DNA of 39,348 nt from Candidatus Azambacteria bacterium (lineage in GTDB: Bacteria > Patescibacteriota > Minisyncoccia > GWC2-36-17 > WO2-46-25), in the NCBI GenBank assembly GCA_024654415.1, contig JANLHQ010000091.1, forward strand, positions 1 to 39,348. The letters are read 5' to 3'. The position numbers and the translations under genes are program-made. Shown here one piece after another: positions 9,126 through 17,196 of this stretch (position 1 is the stretch's first letter; every line of letters starts with the position of its first letter). Under the pieces are notes generated by a model. The model was not told the DNA's origin. It did not search any database and worked only from the letters and a program-made list of their open reading frames with translations.

Positions 9126-10979
9126 TTATTTAATAGTGGCACGAATGCGCCGCACGCCAGCAGATGATGCCTCCTCCTTAATAATTCTGAATTTGCCAAT
9201 CTCTTTCGTATTAACAACATGAGGTCCCCCACACAACTCATGTGAAACAGTGTTTTCCTTATTCCCGATAGAATACACCTGAACTGTGTTTCCGTATTTT
9301 TCCTTATTAAACATAAGTGCTCCTGATTTTTCCGCATCATCAATTGCCATTTCCTTATTCGTAACCGGTAGTGCTTCCGTGATGTGGTGATTTACAATAT
9401 CTTCCACTCTTTTTTTCTCTTCATCTGTCATTTTCTGGGTGTGGATAAAGTCAAAACGCAGCCGTTCGGCGGTGATGTCGGATCCACGCTGACGAACATG
9501 ATCGCCGAGCACCTCTCGAAGTGCCGCCTGCAGTAAGTGCGTTGCGGTATGCAGGCGAGTTACTGTAGCAAGCTCTATATCATCAGCTGCTTTCAATTCG
9601 CCGGTCTGTAGCGTCATACCATGTCCGCCAAATTTTTTCTCTGCTCCTGCGCGAGATACTTCTTGATGCTTTTTATATTCTTCCCAGAACCCCTTTTCAT
9701 CAATCGTAATACCTGCGTCTGTAGCGAGGTCCATCATGAGCTCAAGACGAAACCCGTCCGTCTGCTGAAGATTAAATGCATCACTGCCTTGTATTATTTT
9801 TGTCGTTTTTAGCGCGCTCTCAACTAATGTATAGAATTTTTTCATCCCCCGCTCAAACGCCTTGTCGAATAAGCTATACTCAGCTGCAAATGCCGTAATA
9901 ATATATTCTATCGGTACGTGTAGATATTGCTCCTTATAATATCTATAGATTATTTCGATTGGCGCACAATAAAAATCATCGGGTAATTTTAATATTTTTG
10001 CATGCGTTATAGCCCGCCGCACCAGATTGCGCAAAATATATCCTCGCTCAGCGTTTGACGGAAGAATACCCTCAGAGATCAAAAAAACCGCGGCTCGAAG
10101 ATGATCGGCAATGATACGATACCGCCGCGCTTCCTGTGTGTATGGAGTGTCCTTGTTTTCAAATGAGGCAATAATGGCGGAAAAGATATCTATCTCAAAT
10201 ACCGTTTCTTTTCCTTGGAGCACCATCGCAATTCGCTCAAGCCCCATACCAGTATCAACGTTTTTATGTGCAAGCGGTGCGTATGCATACCCGCCACTTC
10301 CATCCTCTTTCTTTTCGTATTCCATGAATACGTTATTCCAAATTTCTACATACCTACCACAGTCACAATTAACATGGCATGTATCACCAAACACAGTATC
10401 ATGCGCTTTCCCGGTATCATAAAATATCTCCGTATCCGGACCGCACGGCCCCTCTCCCGGTAATTCCCACCAATTTTTCTTTTTCGGGTACATTGCAATG
10501 CGCCCATTTTCTACGCTTGCATCCATGCCGGCAGTTGCAAATGCTTCTTTCCAACACTGTATGGACTCGTCGTCTTGGGGAGCTCCAAGTGTAGCATCGC
10601 CCTCAAATACCGTTACATATATCTTTTGTGGATCAATACCAAACCATTCTTTGGAAGTAAGGAGCTCAAAGCTCCATGCAATAGACTCTTTTTTAAAATA
10701 GTCGCCAAGGGACCAATTCCCGATCATTTCAAAAAAAGTAAGGTGACGATTATCCCCCACTTCTAGAATATCATCGGTACGGAGACATTTTTGTGCATCA
10801 ACAAGACGCGCACCCTGAGGATGCTTTTTACCCATAAGATAGGGTACTAACGGCTGCATTCCTGCAGTGATGAATAAAACCGTCTTATCTTCAGGGATAA
10901 GTGAAGCAGACGGAATGATCGTATGCCCCTGCTTTTTGAAAAACTCAAGAAATTTTTGTCGGGTTTCAAGTGCTGTCAT
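9126..10979 (-). CDS. alaS: Alanine--tRNA ligase, short form (617 aa) lacking the C-Ala domain
   Basis: Track start at 11009 is a TTG; ATG at 10979 gives MTALETRQKFLEFFKKQGHTIIPSASLIP (canonical AlaRS N-terminus). Class II core FFEMIGNWSLGDYFK. Editing-domain metal ligands HTATHLL and CGGPHV. Ends at GVRRIRATIK. Confidence 0.95.
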   Translation of the reverse strand: MTALETRQKFLEFFKKQGHTIIPSASLIPEDKTVLFITAGMQPLVPYLMGKKHPQGARLVDAQKCLRTDDILEVGDNRHLTFFEMIGNWSLGDYFKKESIAWSFELLTSKEWFGIDPQKIYVTVFEGDATLGAPQDDESIQCWKEAFATAGMDASVENGRIAMYPKKKNWWELPGEGPCGPDTEIFYDTGKAHDTVFGDTCHVNCDCGRYVEIWNNVFMEYEKKEDGSGGYAYAPLAHKNVDTGMGLERIAMVLQGKETVFEIDIFSAIIASFENKDTPYTQEARRYRIIADHLRAAVFLISEGILPSNAERGYILRNLVRRAITHAKILKLPDDFYCAPIEIIYRYYKEQYLHVPIEYIITAFAAEYSLFDKAFERGMKKFYTLVESALKTTKIIQGSDAFNLQQTDGFRLELMMDLATDAGITIDEKGFWEEYKKHQEVSRAGAEKKFGGHGMTLQTGELKAADDIELATVTRLHTATHLLQAALREVLGDHVRQRGSDITAERLRFDFIHTQKMTDEEKKRVEDIVNHHITEALPVTNKEMAIDDAEKSGALMFNKEKYGNTVQVYSIGNKENTVSHELCGGPHVVNTKEIGKFRIIKEEASSAGVRRIRATIK

Positions 10980-11007
10980 ATTCGCGCATTCTAGCAGAAA
11001 CGCAGGC

Positions 11008-11046
11008 AAAAAAAAAGATGGCCCCCTGATTATTCAGAAAGCCATC
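11008..11046 (-). terminator. Rho-independent terminator (minus strand) after the 175-aa ORF
   Basis: Reverse strand: gatggctttctga-ataa-tcagggggccatc followed by a 9-T run. The 13-bp stem includes three G-U pairs that form only in the minus-strand RNA. Confidence 0.65.
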
Positions 11047-11059
11047 TATGCGACATATT

Positions 11060-11587
11060 CTATATAGTTACTATGGTCGCCTTTTTGGGCGCCCTCTCCT
11101 TGTCCTCCACGCCGACGGAAAGAAAGTTAAGGACAAGATTACGCATTGCATCGTTAAAGGTATCCCCCTTACCAGTACTATACACCACCTCACCATCTGA
11201 GATATGTATGAATACGCGCGGCATGAAAGTAAACTCGACTACCTCAATCCATGACGTCTGAGGCACTCTTCCGTCGTCATTAGAAATCACGACCATCGCG
11301 ACGAAGCTCGCATCAAGCTCAACTCTCTCATCAGAGAAACTCCCAATCTCCGAGCCGGCATGCATACACACCTTTTTATGCAGTTGCGTAAAATCAAAAC
11401 ACTGGATCGCGGAGCGTTCCACGCTCAACGGATACGGAGAGTCATCTTCGTTTGCATGCTCCATAGGATCCATGGAAGTCCCATTTGTAATATATGGCAC
11501 AAAGAAAAGAACGGTGACCAAGGCAAAACAGAACAGTGACGTCCTGAACTCTGGAGTTAGAAAACTCCACCATCTATTTTCTTTCAT
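11060..11587 (-). CDS. Membrane-anchored hypothetical protein (175 aa)
   Basis: ATG preceded by strong SD (AAAGGAGGAGACGT-ATG). N-terminal TM SLFCFALVTVLFFVPYI. No recognisable family. Confidence 0.6.
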   Translation of the reverse strand: MKENRWWSFLTPEFRTSLFCFALVTVLFFVPYITNGTSMDPMEHANEDDSPYPLSVERSAIQCFDFTQLHKKVCMHAGSEIGSFSDERVELDASFVAMVVISNDDGRVPQTSWIEVVEFTFMPRVFIHISDGEVVYSTGKGDTFNDAMRNLVLNFLSVGVEDKERAPKKATIVTI

Positions 11588-11674
11588 ACGTCTCCTCCTT
11601 TTGTGTAAGGGTTATATGCTTATATTGTAAAGAGCTTGTTTTTATATTGTCATATTCACTATAAGAGTCAAGTT

Positions 11675-11713
11675 AAAACGCCGAGGATATTATTATATCC
11701 TCGGCGTTTTTTT
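11675..11713. terminator. Rho-independent terminator downstream of purC
   Basis: aaaacgccgaggatat-tatt-atatcctcggcgtttt: perfect 16-bp stem with flanking A/T runs. Confidence 0.8.
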
Positions 11714-11728
11714 GGTATCTTTCTTTTA

Positions 11729-12571
11729 CTACTCAAGGAACAGTGATGTTAGGTGCGCAACCACTGCGTAATCTGACAAGATTTTCGCAAGCTCTGCGGG
11801 TGTGAACGGGCGCTTGAGTTTTGCGATCTTGCGGAAATAATCTTTATCAATCGCGCAGTTCTCATCACCTCCTATCCAGAGTCTGGATGACTCACTGTCA
11901 ATCACGTCGCCGATACGAATGACGCCATCCTTGTCATATCCGAACTCCTTCTTCATATCAACAAGTCTGACGCCAAGAGCTGCAAAAGCATCTCTGAAAA
12001 TGATGAAGCTCTCTATCGCGAGCTCCTCGATCTTGTCCAGGTCGCCGATATGTTTCGGCAACAATGGATTCTCTTTCCAGGACACCGCCCCCATCTTCGC
12101 ATTTTCATGTTCCGCCGGAATGCCCGCATTATACAGGGAGAACCGCTCTCTCTCATGATCCCATATCATCAGTGGATCATGATTTGTGTCGTCTTTGTAA
12201 AAAAACTCAACAATGGGACGAGCATACGGCTTCCCTTTGGTCTCATGTGGATACCTCTTGTTACGCGATCCATAGGAACAGTCTCGGATAACGACCTCAA
12301 TCGGCATCATCCTGAGCCGCACGGCGCGAAACGTGTTTGCATCGACCTGCTCTAAAAAATGCGTGGGTATATGCTTTGCATTGAGCAGACGGAAGCAATT
12401 CACAGCGATGGTTGTAGCAAGGACATCCTTGCCTTCCATGTCGATTCTTGAGTCGCCATCTCCTGCAGTGATGGCTTTTTTGCTTCTCACAAGCGCTTCT
12501 GTTGCGTTATCGAGCTCAGCAAGGATGTCCTTGGTTTTTCCTGAAGCGATCACCTCTTTAATGCTTTCCAT
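11729..12571 (-). CDS. purC: Phosphoribosylaminoimidazole-succinocarboxamide (SAICAR) synthase
   Basis: GKTKDIL...ITAGDG...GKDVLATTIAVNCFRLL...MPIEVVIRDCSYGS...VEFFYKDDTNHDPLM...LVDMKKEFGYDKDGVIRIGDVIDSESSRLW aligns by eye with PurC. SD GAGGAGGG upstream. Confidence 0.85.
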   Translation of the reverse strand: MESIKEVIASGKTKDILAELDNATEALVRSKKAITAGDGDSRIDMEGKDVLATTIAVNCFRLLNAKHIPTHFLEQVDANTFRAVRLRMMPIEVVIRDCSYGSRNKRYPHETKGKPYARPIVEFFYKDDTNHDPLMIWDHERERFSLYNAGIPAEHENAKMGAVSWKENPLLPKHIGDLDKIEELAIESFIIFRDAFAALGVRLVDMKKEFGYDKDGVIRIGDVIDSESSRLWIGGDENCAIDKDYFRKIAKLKRPFTPAELAKILSDYAVVAHLTSLFLE

Positions 12572-12586
12572 TTTCGCGTACCCTCC

Positions 12587-14017
12587 TCAGCTAAGAGTTA
12601 TGTTTAGTTTCGATGCCCAAGCCTCCGCAACCCTCACCGCCTTTTGTGCTGCGATGCCAGTATATAAACGCTCTGGCATCGTAAAGACCCTCCTTTGATC
12701 TTTTGTCATCTCCGCGAAATACGGCTTGAGCTCCTCATCTTGCTGTGCGAGCTCCTCCAGCGGCCTTCCTTGCTCGCGTGCGCGCATGGAAAGCTCTCTC
12801 ACTTTTTCGTGTGCGTCGGGATGCCCAAGCGCCGCGAGCGTAAGATACAGCGGCTCTGCCACGATAAGCCCTCGCTGAAATTCGAGATTGCGTGAAATGC
12901 TTTCGCGACACACAACCAATTTTTTCATTGCTCGATTCAATCGCCGCGCCATATACACGACGTAGTTGATAATCTCCGGATACGTGCGCGCTGATGCAGA
13001 CCCGGTAAGATCACGCTGATGCTCGCTTACCTGATCAAGTACAACAGTGACCATATGTCCTTGCACAATCTTGTACATACTTTCGATGTTCTCGAACGTT
13101 ATGGGGTTTTGCTTGTGCGCCATTGTTGATGACCCCACCTGTCCGTCGCTCATTCCTTCAGCTACTTCAGCAATCTCGGTACGCTGAAGATTGCGCATAT
13201 CGCGCGCGACGTTCGCCATCACACCAGCTGCCATTGCAGCCTCCTGCATGAGCCGTATTATGGGCTCTGGGGGTGCAATCTGCGTCGAACACAGCGCAGG
13301 AGAGATGCCGAGCTCTTTAAGAATATCCTCCTCAAAAAGCTCGGGGTTTTCGAAAAAGAGTGTTGAGGCGTTATACGCCCCTACCGCACCGGAAAACTTA
13401 CCTCGAAGCTCTGTGGCGCGCTCACGCAACTGCACAATGCACCCGCCGAGACGATTCACATAGCTTGCTATAGAGAATCCAAACGTAATCGGTACCGCGT
13501 GCTGACCATGCGTTCTCCCAATCTGCGTTGTGTCCGCCTCTCTGAGCGCAAGTTTGATGAGCGTCTCTTCAAGTGCAAGGAGCTCTGGAATAACAACATC
13601 CTGCATAGTGTCGCGATAGCTCAGTGCTCTCGCGGTATCTATGATGTCGTACGATGTAGCGGTGCAATGGACGAATCGCTTTGCTTCGTCGCTCAACCTC
13701 TTTTGAATACAATTCACGACCGCACGGACATCGTGTTTGGTGCGAACTTCTTCTGCGGCTACCTCATCCATGCCAACCTGCTCACACGCTTGCACAACTT
13801 CTTCTACGATGTTCTGCGCACACAGGCCCCGGTTATGGAGCACCTTCACTAAGGCAATCTCAACCATGCATAAATATCCGAGAAACGCCTCAGATGAAAG
13901 CCTATCTGCAACTTCCTGCACATAATAACGGTGATCCGCTGGAGAGATGCTCTCGTGTACTCCCCTCACCTGCCCTCTTTGCTCTCGCGCGCTCCTCTTC
14001 TTGGCAAATTCCTGCAT
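12587..14017 (-). CDS. purB: Adenylosuccinate lyase
   Basis: Fumarate-lyase superfamily signature GSSTMAHKQNP. PurB-like N-terminus SPADHRYY, IGRTHGQHAVPITFG. SD AAGGAGGG 5 nt upstream of the ATG. Confidence 0.93.
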   Translation of the reverse strand: MQEFAKKRSAREQRGQVRGVHESISPADHRYYVQEVADRLSSEAFLGYLCMVEIALVKVLHNRGLCAQNIVEEVVQACEQVGMDEVAAEEVRTKHDVRAVVNCIQKRLSDEAKRFVHCTATSYDIIDTARALSYRDTMQDVVIPELLALEETLIKLALREADTTQIGRTHGQHAVPITFGFSIASYVNRLGGCIVQLRERATELRGKFSGAVGAYNASTLFFENPELFEEDILKELGISPALCSTQIAPPEPIIRLMQEAAMAAGVMANVARDMRNLQRTEIAEVAEGMSDGQVGSSTMAHKQNPITFENIESMYKIVQGHMVTVVLDQVSEHQRDLTGSASARTYPEIINYVVYMARRLNRAMKKLVVCRESISRNLEFQRGLIVAEPLYLTLAALGHPDAHEKVRELSMRAREQGRPLEELAQQDEELKPYFAEMTKDQRRVFTMPERLYTGIAAQKAVRVAEAWASKLNITLS

Positions 14018-14077
14018 ATACCCTCCTTTTGTAGTTGTTGACTATGTAATTTTTAAATAACAACGCCACGAGTTTGT

Positions 14078-14100
14078 GGAATTCACCGATTGTGAATTCC
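14078..14100. promoter_or_regulatory. Perfect 9-bp inverted repeat between the purB promoter and SD (operator or 5'-UTR hairpin)
   Basis: ggaattcac-cgatt-gtgaattcc, immediately downstream of the candidate -10 on the minus strand. Confidence 0.45.
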
Positions 14101-14107
14101 TGTCGCA

Positions 14108-14135
14108 ATACTATGAGAATTACGCAAAAAGTCAA
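14108..14135 (-). promoter_or_regulatory. Candidate sigma70-type promoter of purB-purC
   Basis: Reverse strand TTGACT-16 nt-TAGTAT, about 90 nt upstream of the purB ATG. Confidence 0.55.
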
Positions 14136-14164
14136 CCCCTTTGCTATATAATGGCACTAAAAAA

Positions 14165-15292
14165 TTACACTATCACTCCTCCACCGATAACTACATTTCT
14201 TTTATAAAACACAATAGACTGCCCGGGTGCTACTGCGCGCTGGGGCCTGTGAGATACAACGTGAGTGTTTCTTCCTTTCTTCACGATCTTACACGCCTCA
14301 AGCGGTTGGCGATATCGAATCCGCGCTTTACACGCGACAGGGAATTTCGGCGCCTTACCAGACACCCAGTTACATCCTATGACATCCATTTCTTTCTTAT
14401 ATAACTCCGCGTCACCCACGCCTTCGCTAACATATAAAATGTTTTTTTTCATGTCCTTTCCCGCTACATAATACGGCGTGCCGCCGCCGGGCGAACCGAT
14501 ACCGTGTCGCTGACCGATAGTATAAAACATCGCTCCTTCGTGCTCGCCAACTGTCTTTCCACTTGTTGTGATGATTTTTCCTTTTTTAGGCTTGATCATG
14601 CTTTTGAGAAAATCATGTACATTCACTTCACCGACAAAACACAACCCTTGGCTATCCTTTTTTTCAGCTGTCGGCAACCCGAACGTACGCGCCATCTCCC
14701 GTACCTTGCCTTTCGTATACTCGCCAACTGGCATAAGGGTATGCATAAGTTGTTTTTGCGTAAGTGTCCACAAAAAATAGCTTTGATCTTTCTGTGCGTC
14801 TTTCCCCGTGCACAGCCGTGCAATACCTGCGCGGCGCGTCACACGCGCATGATGTCCTGTTGCTACAAAATCGGCGCCGAGCTTTCTTGCTTTGTCAAAA
14901 AATACGCCAAACTTTATTTCTTTATTACACATCACATCGGGGTTCGGTGTAATGCCCGCACGATATGCCTTTACCATATATTCAACCACTTTTGTGCGAT
15001 ATTCTTTTTCAAAATCAAATGTATAAAAAGGAATGTCCAGGGCCGCCGCGACGCGTCGTGCATCTTCTTGGTCTGTTATCCATGGGCACATCGTTTTATC
15101 TTTAAAAAAACGGTTATCTGACCATCCTTTAATAAATACACCAACTACGTCATATCCTTGTTTTTTAAGCAATGCCGCAGCCACAGACGAGTCCACGCCT
15201 CCAGACATGCCGACGAAGACCCTTCGACCGCGTTCAAGGCCTATTTTTTTCTTCTTTTTTTGTCTGATCTTCTTCATATACGATATAGTCAT
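14165..15292 (-). CDS. mnmA: tRNA-specific 2-thiouridylase (tRNA 5-methylaminomethyl-2-thiouridine synthesis)
   Basis: PP-loop VFVGMSGGVDSSVAAALL, catalytic Cys context DVMCNKEIKFG, ATGHHAR, DQSYFL. An alternative ATG at 15277 is possible. Confidence 0.93.
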   Translation of the reverse strand: MTISYMKKIRQKKKKKIGLERGRRVFVGMSGGVDSSVAAALLKKQGYDVVGVFIKGWSDNRFFKDKTMCPWITDQEDARRVAAALDIPFYTFDFEKEYRTKVVEYMVKAYRAGITPNPDVMCNKEIKFGVFFDKARKLGADFVATGHHARVTRRAGIARLCTGKDAQKDQSYFLWTLTQKQLMHTLMPVGEYTKGKVREMARTFGLPTAEKKDSQGLCFVGEVNVHDFLKSMIKPKKGKIITTSGKTVGEHEGAMFYTIGQRHGIGSPGGGTPYYVAGKDMKKNILYVSEGVGDAELYKKEMDVIGCNWVSGKAPKFPVACKARIRYRQPLEACKIVKKGRNTHVVSHRPQRAVAPGQSIVFYKRNVVIGGGVIV

Positions 15293-15459
15293 ACCATAAA
15301 ATGTTGACTAAAGGAATATAGTGTGCTAATTTCACAACTTCACAGGGAGTCGTTCTTCGAAAATAAAATAAATATAAAGGAGGTATCCGGCACTATTTCT
15401 TCGTTTTTTTTACATGCAGGGCGCAATAATGCGCAAACCATACTAGGAGAAAAGAAAAG

Positions 15460-16293
15460 ATGAGAAAGATACCGTCGTACCCGTTGTTTTTATTACTGTT
15501 TTTATTCATACTCGCTCCGATGGGTGCGTTCGCCGCATCCGTAGGAAGCCCCGAGACGCTCGGCGGATTCGGAAAGGTCGCTGTTGGCCTCGAATACGAC
15601 AGCTTGAGTCAGCCGCTCAAACTCACGAGCGGTAGTATCACGCGCGACGTGTTCAGGGAGGACTTCACTGCCAGCAACATGGACATGAAAACACGGACCA
15701 CCTACCTGGTCGGCACAGTCGGGATATTACCCACCATGGACGCGTTCTTTGCGCTTGGTATCAATAGGGCTAAGATCGGGCTTAGTGCAGACTACATAGG
15801 CGGGGCATCGGACGACATCTCCGTCACGGACAACTCTAACCTTGCCTATAAGCTTGGAGTGAAGGGAAGGATCATGGAAGTTTCCGGTATTAATCTCAAC
15901 GGTATGCTCCAGTACGCTGCCTTTAAGATGAACGGCCGCTTTTCCGTGAACGGCATGGATCTCGACGCATTCTATGACCGCGATGCGACATACAGTACCA
16001 AGACACATGTCCGCGAGTGGCAGGCGGCACTGACTGCCAGCAAGCAGATGGGACGCTTCAGCCCTTACCTCGGCGCAACATGGCGTAGGACATCGGTGAG
16101 TAATACCACCGCTATCCAGGTCACAGATGTGGAGGGTTCATATGAGGTCTTCTTCAACGCAAAGGCGAAAGAGGACCACGCGCTTGACGCCGTCATCGGC
16201 ACGGGCGTTATGATCACAGAGCATCTTGGGGCCGGTGTGGAATATCAGCCCCAAAACAAAGAAGGCGCCATCTCCGCAAGCTACGCATTCTAA
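15460..16293 (+). CDS. Secreted beta-barrel protein with outer-membrane-protein-like features
   Basis: Signal peptide MRKIPSYPLFLLLFLFILAPMGAFA-AS. Repeated amphipathic beta-strand-like segments (KVAVGLEYD, TYLVGTVGI, LAYKLGVKGRIMEV, LGAGVEYQP). C-terminus ...ISASYAF ends in an aromatic residue, like the OMP C-terminal signature. Confidence 0.6.
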   Translation: MRKIPSYPLFLLLFLFILAPMGAFAASVGSPETLGGFGKVAVGLEYDSLSQPLKLTSGSITRDVFREDFTASNMDMKTRTTYLVGTVGILPTMDAFFALGINRAKIGLSADYIGGASDDISVTDNSNLAYKLGVKGRIMEVSGINLNGMLQYAAFKMNGRFSVNGMDLDAFYDRDATYSTKTHVREWQAALTASKQMGRFSPYLGATWRRTSVSNTTAIQVTDVEGSYEVFFNAKAKEDHALDAVIGTGVMITEHLGAGVEYQPQNKEGAISASYAF

Positions 16294-16316
16294 GCGGAGC
16301 ACACAATTTAAAATTA

Positions 16317-16352
16317 AAGCCCCCATCATTCGATGGGGGCTTTCTTCTTTTT
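16317..16352. terminator. Rho-independent terminator after the beta-barrel gene
   Basis: aaagcccccatc-attc-gatgggggcttt followed by a T-rich tract. Confidence 0.8.
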
Positions 16353-16363
16353 CTGCGGGAAAT

Positions 16364-16519
16364 CTATATCACGCCGTAATACTTTAAGACCAAGACAGTG
16401 ATAATTGTCACTGCAAAAACCACTGTCCAGGGGTAGAGGACCTTTCTCGCGCCCACCTCTTCTCCTTGTATGATCTTTTCTGTTTCTTTAAAGTGCTTCT
16501 CAAATTTTTTTGTACTCAT
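16364..16519 (-). CDS. Small tail-anchored membrane peptide (51 aa), not in ORF track
   Basis: Manual translation: MSTKKFEKHFKETEKIIQGEEVGARKVLYPWTVVFAVTIITVLVLKYYGVI. SD GGGAGG 5 nt upstream of the ATG. Confidence 0.45.
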   Translation of the reverse strand: MSTKKFEKHFKETEKIIQGEEVGARKVLYPWTVVFAVTIITVLVLKYYGVI

Positions 16520-16587
16520 CTTTTCCTCCCTCTTGAACTATTTTTTTTGAAGTTTTTATAGTACGCCATGTTGTGCAATTGTCAATA

Positions 16588-16621
16588 TAAAAAGAAGCGG
16601 GTGGTCTTGTGACCACCCGCT
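16588..16621 (-). terminator. Rho-independent terminator (minus strand) after the 42-aa ORF
   Basis: agcgggtggtc-ttgt-gaccacccgct: 11-bp perfect stem. The minus-strand RNA continues cuucuuuuu. Confidence 0.7.
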
Positions 16622-16633
16622 GTTTTCCCCGGA

Positions 16634-16762
16634 TTACCCAGGGAGGATCATGAGCGACAGGGTGAACCCCATCGCTCCTACCAGAAAAAAGAACTGCAGA
16701 GCCCAGTGGGGCTCTTTTGCCACTTTGACTGGGGTGTTCCCCAGCCTCTTCATGTTGGCCAT
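16634..16762 (-). CDS. Small membrane peptide (42 aa), not in ORF track
   Basis: Manual translation: MANMKRLGNTPVKVAKEPHWALQFFFLVGAMGFTLSLMILPG. AAGGAGG immediately upstream and a dedicated terminator 13 nt downstream. Confidence 0.45.
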   Translation of the reverse strand: MANMKRLGNTPVKVAKEPHWALQFFFLVGAMGFTLSLMILPG

Positions 16763-16867
16763 TTGCCTCCTTTTTTTCAACTTTTAGTAACACAGATATT
16801 ATACACCTTTCTACCATTCTGTCAAGTACTTACATCGGGCGGAAAATAAGGGTAGAATAGCCATATT

Positions 16868-17179
16868 ATGGCCATGGAATCACTATCGTTTGAAAAATTT
16901 GAGCTTAGCGAAAAAGGGTGGGAATTTAAAAAAAAATATCGTGCTATTCTTGAAAAAGACCCTGCTGGCGTATCAGACAGGATTGCTGAATTTGTAAGAG
17001 GCACATTATGGAATGGTCATTCCCCTGCTGAATTACACAACTATGAGGCATATTGTATTATCGTTAGCAGTACTCCTATTGCGCAACCGGAACATTTTGA
17101 TCTTGAAGATGAGAGCTCAATAGATGGCAAAGGATTGATTGAGCAATTTATTGAATCATTGGAAGAAGAAACAAAATAG
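16868..17179 (+). CDS. Acidic cytoplasmic hypothetical protein (103 aa)
   Basis: ATG start. TTACAT-17 nt-TAGAAT ends 9 nt upstream of the ATG and there is no SD. No family recognised. Confidence 0.55.
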   Translation: MAMESLSFEKFELSEKGWEFKKKYRAILEKDPAGVSDRIAEFVRGTLWNGHSPAELHNYEAYCIIVSSTPIAQPEHFDLEDESSIDGKGLIEQFIESLEEETK

Positions 17180-17196
17180 CATATACTACTACTATC

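Noticed and set aside
9122-9343. N-terminal 74 codons of track ORF 8024..9343, overlapping the 3' end of alaS
   Set aside because: The overlap with a confidently called alaS in another frame is long. The in-frame ATG at 9121 lies just past the alaS stop and gives a sensible FtsA-like N-terminus.
15377-15446. Orphan AAAGGAGG (15377-15384) and a 10-codon uORF (15414-15446, MQGAIMRKPY) in the leader of the beta-barrel gene
   Set aside because: The SD has no start codon within 5-12 nt, and the uORF has no SD of its own. This cannot be told apart from chance without conservation or ribosome-profiling data. It is mentioned only as context in the beta-barrel finding.
16500-16817. 105-aa minus-strand track ORF spanning the region between the beta-barrel gene and 16868
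   Set aside because: It has no SD or promoter, runs through a strong terminator hairpin (16588-16621), and its sequence is compositionally odd. Two short ORFs in other frames have proper SDs and terminators.
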